Positions 59,633 to 64,000 of a stretch of DNA of 64,000 nt are shown piece after piece. Origin of the DNA: Chitinophagaceae bacterium (GTDB taxonomy: Bacteria > Bacteroidota > Bacteroidia > Chitinophagales > Chitinophagaceae). Under the pieces are notes generated by a model, which was not told the origin of the DNA, made no database searches, and saw nothing but the letters and a program-made list of their open reading frames with translations. The position numbers and the translations under genes are program-made. Within the stretch, counting starts at the first letter, position 1. Each line of letters begins with the position of its first letter. The stretch lies in NCBI GenBank assembly GCA_947453295.1, contig CANGGD010000001.1:25615-89614 (forward strand), in the 5' to 3' direction.

Positions 59633-62041
59633 TTAATACACTCCCTTCTTTTTTGATTTTTTCTCTCCTACATAACCAGTATAGCCTGAATAGTAGCCAT
59701 ATCCATATTTGCGTTTGTAATAATAATATCCATATTTATACCCAAAGTACCCTGTGTTTTTGACTCCGTTAAAAATAACTGCCATACTTTTAAAAAGATT
59801 CTTATTATTCCACTCATTTATTTCTAATACTTGATCTTTTACAGTTTGATTGAATCTTGTAATGATTAAAGACAAGTCGGCCCAAGATCCTAAGATTTGT
59901 GCATCTGCCACAATTCCAAATGGTGGAGTATCTATTACTACAACATCATAATGTGCATCAAGGTAGTCTTTTAATATCTTCATATATTTTGAAGAAAGCA
60001 ACTCCTGTGGGTTAGGCGGTATTGGACCAGATGGAAATAAATGTAAAGTTTCATCATCGGTTGATACAATAGGATGAATTATTTCTTCAAGAGTTTGTTT
60101 ACCTACAAGCATATTTGTTAATCCATTATTATTATCATCTATCCCAAGCGCTTTAGATATTTTAGGTCTTCTTAAATCAAATTCTAATAGAGCTACTTTT
60201 TTTCCTTGTAATGAATAACTCTTTGCTAAATTCATAGACAAAAAAGATTTTCCTTCTCCACTTACACTTGAAGTAAGTAAAATGTAATTGGTTTTATTAT
60301 CATTATACATGTAAAAATTAATGTTAGTCCTAAGTGATCTTATCTGCTCACCAAACATTGATCTATTCGTTCCCTCAATAAGGAATGGTGAAGTAAATGC
60401 AATGTTTTGTTTTACATGCTCAATTTCTGCAACTACTGGAACTGTAGTCAAACTTTGTAATTGTTTTTTAGAAATTATTTTGTTATTCAACAACTCAATT
60501 ATTACCGCAAAAATCAGTGGTAGAAATAATCCTGTCAATAAAAATATGGTTAATATGTTAGCTCTAGAAGGTGTTATTGTGGCATTCTTTTTTACAGGTG
60601 CATAAATAATTTTTGTATCAACAGTAATTGATGCTTTTGCTATATAAGCTTCCTCTCTTTTTTGTAGTAAAGTAGAAAACAGATTTTCTTTTATGTTTTG
60701 AAAACGTGTTTTATCAATTAATTCCTTCTGCAAAAAAGGCATGCTTTTTAATTTAGCATTAGCTTCATTCATTTTAGCTGAATAATCTGCACTATTTTTT
60801 GAGAGCTTTGCTTTATATTTTGAAAGCTCATTATTCATATTAATTTTTATGTCATTTAAGTTTTTATTTAGAAAAATTAATGTTGGATTTGTTTCTTGTG
60901 CTGTAAGGGCTAATTTATCTCTTTGTATTCTTGCTTGTTGGTACTGACCACAAAGTGAGATCAAATTTGGATTATCAATCCCGGTGAATGAAAGTTCAGC
61001 ATCTCTTGAAGATGGATTTCTCATAAAATCTTCAACATCTTTTATTGTTTGTTGAAGTGTTTGCATTTGATATAGTTGTTCATCATATTTATCGGCCTGC
61101 TCTACATATTTAGAACCATCAACTGTATTAAAAATTTCATTGTTTGCCTTAAATGATGCTACATTATTCTCAATAGAATCTAATTCATCCTTTAATGGCT
61201 CCATTCTTTTTTCTATAAAATCTATAGCTTGTAAAAAAGAAAGTGACTTATTTCTTTTTATATCTTCGTTATGAACTTTTATTAGCTTATTTAAAACATC
61301 AACTGCCTTTTGAACGGACTCATCAGAATATTTTACAGTCAAAACATTATTTGTTTTTGATGAAGACACTAAAATATTTTGACTTATTTTAAAAGCCAAA
61401 GTGTTTTTATTTTCGTTAAAACACTGAATAGGGCTTTTTCTATAGTATTTTCCTGGGTTTTCAACAACAATAGTACTTTGTGAAATTTTTATAGGCTGAC
61501 CCCAATAGGCAACTCCTTTTGTTTTTCCATAGATATATGTAAAATCTGTTTTTGAAGGGACAATTGAAAAATTGAGATCAGGAGTATTCTCATCACTAAG
61601 CTCCGAAATTATTTTCCAATTTATTATTCCATAAAAATCTTTATTTTTTATTCTTCCTTGAGATTGAACATGATATTGTAAACCAAGAGAATCAATAACT
61701 TTTGAGGCTAAAGTCGGTGATTTAAAATAAGCAATCTTATCGTTTAATGGATCCCTATCCGAACCTAACAATATTTTTGTAATAGACATGTCATCTGTAT
61801 TGTCATCAAAAGTTAGTGCAGTTGAAACTGTATAAATAGGTGTGATATATCGTAAATAGATATTACCAACTAAATAACCTAATAATCCAAATAATAAAAC
61901 AAATGGCCAAAGCCCTATAAGCCTTCTTATGTCGATATCAAATGAAGATTTGGTGATAATATTAGAATTAGAAGAAGAAATGTTTTTTTTTTCTTCTTGT
62001 TGCTTATTATTCTCCCAAATATTATTATCTACATTACTCAT
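59633..62041 (-). CDS. wzc: polysaccharide co-polymerase tyrosine kinase Wzc
   Basis: Two TMs around a periplasmic coiled coil; Walker A SGEGKS, A' FDLRRP, B IDTPP; C-terminal Tyr cluster GYKYGYYYYKRKYGYGYYSGY. Confidence 0.93.
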   Translation of the reverse strand: MSNVDNNIWENNKQQEEKKNISSSNSNIITKSSFDIDIRRLIGLWPFVLLFGLLGYLVGNIYLRYITPIYTVSTALTFDDNTDDMSITKILLGSDRDPLNDKIAYFKSPTLASKVIDSLGLQYHVQSQGRIKNKDFYGIINWKIISELSDENTPDLNFSIVPSKTDFTYIYGKTKGVAYWGQPIKISQSTIVVENPGKYYRKSPIQCFNENKNTLAFKISQNILVSSSKTNNVLTVKYSDESVQKAVDVLNKLIKVHNEDIKRNKSLSFLQAIDFIEKRMEPLKDELDSIENNVASFKANNEIFNTVDGSKYVEQADKYDEQLYQMQTLQQTIKDVEDFMRNPSSRDAELSFTGIDNPNLISLCGQYQQARIQRDKLALTAQETNPTLIFLNKNLNDIKINMNNELSKYKAKLSKNSADYSAKMNEANAKLKSMPFLQKELIDKTRFQNIKENLFSTLLQKREEAYIAKASITVDTKIIYAPVKKNATITPSRANILTIFLLTGLFLPLIFAVIIELLNNKIISKKQLQSLTTVPVVAEIEHVKQNIAFTSPFLIEGTNRSMFGEQIRSLRTNINFYMYNDNKTNYILLTSSVSGEGKSFLSMNLAKSYSLQGKKVALLEFDLRRPKISKALGIDDNNNGLTNMLVGKQTLEEIIHPIVSTDDETLHLFPSGPIPPNPQELLSSKYMKILKDYLDAHYDVVVIDTPPFGIVADAQILGSWADLSLIITRFNQTVKDQVLEINEWNNKNLFKSMAVIFNGVKNTGYFGYKYGYYYYKRKYGYGYYSGYTGYVGEKKSKKKGVY

Positions 62042-62790
62042 TTTAATAAATTTTTCAAAGTAATTATTAAAGATAGTGTTGCTAAGGACGAGCCCACAAT
62101 ACCAATTGTACTCGTTAAAGGACCAGAAGAATTAAATAGCGTACGGCTATATCTTCCGGGCTTTACATACAAGAAATCATTATTTTTTAAATAAAAATAA
62201 GGGGATTCAAATATTGTTTTAGAGGTTAAATCGATTTTTTCAAAAATCCTTTTGTTTTCTTCTTCTCTAATTAACCAAACATCATTTCTATAATCATAAG
62301 GGTCAATAAAAGGCATTTGAGATATTGCTTCTAATATTGTAAATCGCTCATTAGAAATGGGTAAAACACCTCCTTTTTTTCCTGTCATATAATTTATAGT
62401 TCCCTCTAATTGAACGTTAACAAATAAATCTTTAAATAAATATGATAGTTTTTCTTTTAATAAAATGCCTGCCTCTTCAGTAGTTAGGTTTTCCACTTTA
62501 ACCTTTCCAACAGCAGGAAAATTTATATACCCATCTAGATTTACTAGAAATCCCAAATTCTTTTCTGAAGATAAATTTAGATATGTAGTGAGAGTTGGGT
62601 CTGGTGAGGTGACCAATATTTTCAATTTGTCATTTTTTTTTATTTTATGTACGTTATACTCATTGGATGAATCTAAATTTTGTACACCCTTTACTTGATC
62701 ATGAAAATAATAAAGTCTTTTAGTGGGTATACAAGATGTCAAAAAAACAATCAGTGAAAATAGTAATATTGATACTAGAGATTTAGACAT
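62038..62790 (-). CDS. wza: polysaccharide export outer-membrane lipoprotein Wza
   Basis: Lipobox LTSC; PES motif (D.L.I.V), V..DG.INFP..G...V..L, SPYFYL..ND..YV.P; ATGA overlap with wzc. Confidence 0.88.
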   Translation of the reverse strand: MSKSLVSILLFSLIVFLTSCIPTKRLYYFHDQVKGVQNLDSSNEYNVHKIKKNDKLKILVTSPDPTLTTYLNLSSEKNLGFLVNLDGYINFPAVGKVKVENLTTEEAGILLKEKLSYLFKDLFVNVQLEGTINYMTGKKGGVLPISNERFTILEAISQMPFIDPYDYRNDVWLIREEENKRIFEKIDLTSKTIFESPYFYLKNNDFLYVKPGRYSRTLFNSSGPLTSTIGIVGSSLATLSLIITLKNLLK

Positions 62791-62836
62791 GATTAGATAT
62801 GTTTATAAAAAAACGAACTAAATTTATTAATGATAA

Positions 62837-62844
62837 CAAAGATA
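62837..62844 (-). promoter_or_regulatory. -7 element for the wza-led polysaccharide operon
   Basis: TATCTTTG on the minus strand 46 nt upstream of wza. Confidence 0.55.
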
Positions 62845-62983
62845 ATGAATTGATAATTTAGTTGATTAATAATCTGATTTTTTAATAGCTCTATCTTAGT
62901 CATTTTGAACAATATTAATTTAAGGTTAATTAAATTAAAAAAACCATTGTGAATGTAATTTTATTTAATCTTGTACTTTAAAC

Positions 62984-62991
62984 TATTTTTG
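62984..62991 (+). promoter_or_regulatory. -7 element for DUF47-pit
   Basis: TATTTTTG(C) about 50 nt upstream of the ATG. Confidence 0.5.
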
Positions 62992-63043
62992 CATGGCAAT
63001 ACTTTTTATTTAAAATTGTTTGTCAAAAATTTAAATTACTCAT

Positions 63044-63691
63044 ATGTCGTTTAATTCTATATTAAATATTTTTCTTCCTAAAGACAAAGTTTTTTACCAA
63101 TTATTTGAAAGCGTTTCAGAAGTCCTGGTAAAAATGGGTGCTAAACTAGTAAATGTAGTAAGTGAAACAGACTTTGAAAAAAGAGCTTCCCTAATAAAAG
63201 AAATTGAAGATATGGAGCATTTAAACGATGAGTTTTCTCACAAAATTTTTACAGAATTAGGTAAAAATTTTATTACCCCTTTTGATAGAGAAGATATACA
63301 TTATTTGGCTACTTCTCTTGATGATGTTGCTGATTATATTTACTCTTCTGCCAAAAAAATTAATTTTTATCATGTTGATCCTCATGATAAGGGAATTCAA
63401 AAAATGGCTGAATTGATTTCTATGGGCTGTAAAGAACTTCATAAGGCCGTATCAGAATTACGCAACATGAAAAATTTAAGACAAATAACTGATGCTTTGG
63501 TTGCCATTAATTATATTGAAAACCAAGCTGATGATGTTTTTGATAAAAGTGTTGAACAGCTTTTTGACAATGAACCTGATGCTAAAGAACTAATAAAGAA
63601 AAAAGAGATATTTCAGGTGATGGAAATTGCTACAGACAAATGTGAAGATGCTGCAAATGTTATTGAATCAATCATTATCAAATACGCTTAA
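63044..63691 (+). CDS. DUF47 phosphate transport regulator (PhoU-like)
   Basis: P.DK.FY.LF, EH..D, FITPFDREDI..L...LDDV.D, EN.ADD, DKCED.ANV.ESI; precedes pit. Confidence 0.92.
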   Translation: MSFNSILNIFLPKDKVFYQLFESVSEVLVKMGAKLVNVVSETDFEKRASLIKEIEDMEHLNDEFSHKIFTELGKNFITPFDREDIHYLATSLDDVADYIYSSAKKINFYHVDPHDKGIQKMAELISMGCKELHKAVSELRNMKNLRQITDALVAINYIENQADDVFDKSVEQLFDNEPDAKELIKKKEIFQVMEIATDKCEDAANVIESIIIKYA

Positions 63692-63767
63692 TAGAAATTA
63701 TTTTATTGATTAATTCTTTCTTTACTTTTACTTTTTTGAAAAATTAGATCTCACAAAATTATATGCT

Positions 63768-64000
63768 ATGACTTTATTGATTGTTATCATTGCACTTGCT
63801 CTGATTTTTGATTACATCAATGGGTTTCATGATGCTGCGAATTCAATTGCAACAATAGTTTCCACAAAAGTTTTAACACCTACACAAGCCGTAGTATGGG
63901 CAGCGATGTTCAACTTTGTTGCTTTTTTTATTTTTAAAGATCACGGTGTTGCCAATACAATAGCAAAAACAGTGAAACCGGATATTATTACGGGCCATGA
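63768..64000 (+). CDS. pit: inorganic phosphate transporter, PiT family (partial; runs off right edge)
   Basis: Not in the ORF track; read by hand: MTLLIVIIALALIFDYINGFHDAANSIATIVSTKVLTP (GFHDAAN signature). Confidence 0.92.
   Translation, partial: MTLLIVIIALALIFDYINGFHDAANSIATIVSTKVLTPTQAVVWAAMFNFVAFFIFKDHGVANTIAKTVKPDIITGH

Noticed and set aside
50560-62790. Glycan locus as a horizontally acquired low-GC island
   Set aside because: It looks AT-rich in spot checks, but I did not compute GC or codon usage, and there is no integrase, tRNA, flanking repeat or IS to support it.
62904-62940. Pho-box-like 11-bp spaced TTAATT repeats upstream of DUF47
   Set aside because: Only two convincing units in very AT-rich DNA, and no matching array upstream of the regulator; not distinguishable from chance by eye.

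Overview
An AT-rich Bacteroidota chromosomal segment, most consistent with Chitinophagaceae (inferred from T9SS genes, many TAnnTTTG promoters and Gln+1 signal peptides). It is densely coding and mostly housekeeping: tRNA-Leu/tig, rel, purH, comEC, carB, bcp, atpBEFH, purD, mreBCD-mrdA-rodA, an ABC exporter, a PhoBR-like two-component pair and DUF47/pit. It also holds a T9SS-secreted M36 protease and a 12-kb Wza/Wzc polysaccharide locus that runs directly into a PorP/SprF and OmpA-PD40 pair. I found no CRISPR array, IS element, prophage or rRNA. Best leads: (1) atpA stands alone with its own promoter and terminator, about 20 kb from and opposite to atpBEFH, and one inversion would rejoin them. 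(2) An unannotated secreted protein of about 740 aa carries a caspase/gingipain-like His-Cys motif pair. (3) A lipoprotein has C2-domain-like Ca-binding loops and leads a Cys-rich DUF4234/DUF2752 operon. (4) A POT peptide transporter has an extra loop domain of about 125 aa. (5) The glycan locus lacks Wzx, Wzb and PglD but carries a GNAT and appears co-transcribed with T9SS-family genes. (6) An LpoB-like/COG3014 lipoprotein module sits at the left edge. All family assignments come from motif recognition only; no searches were run.
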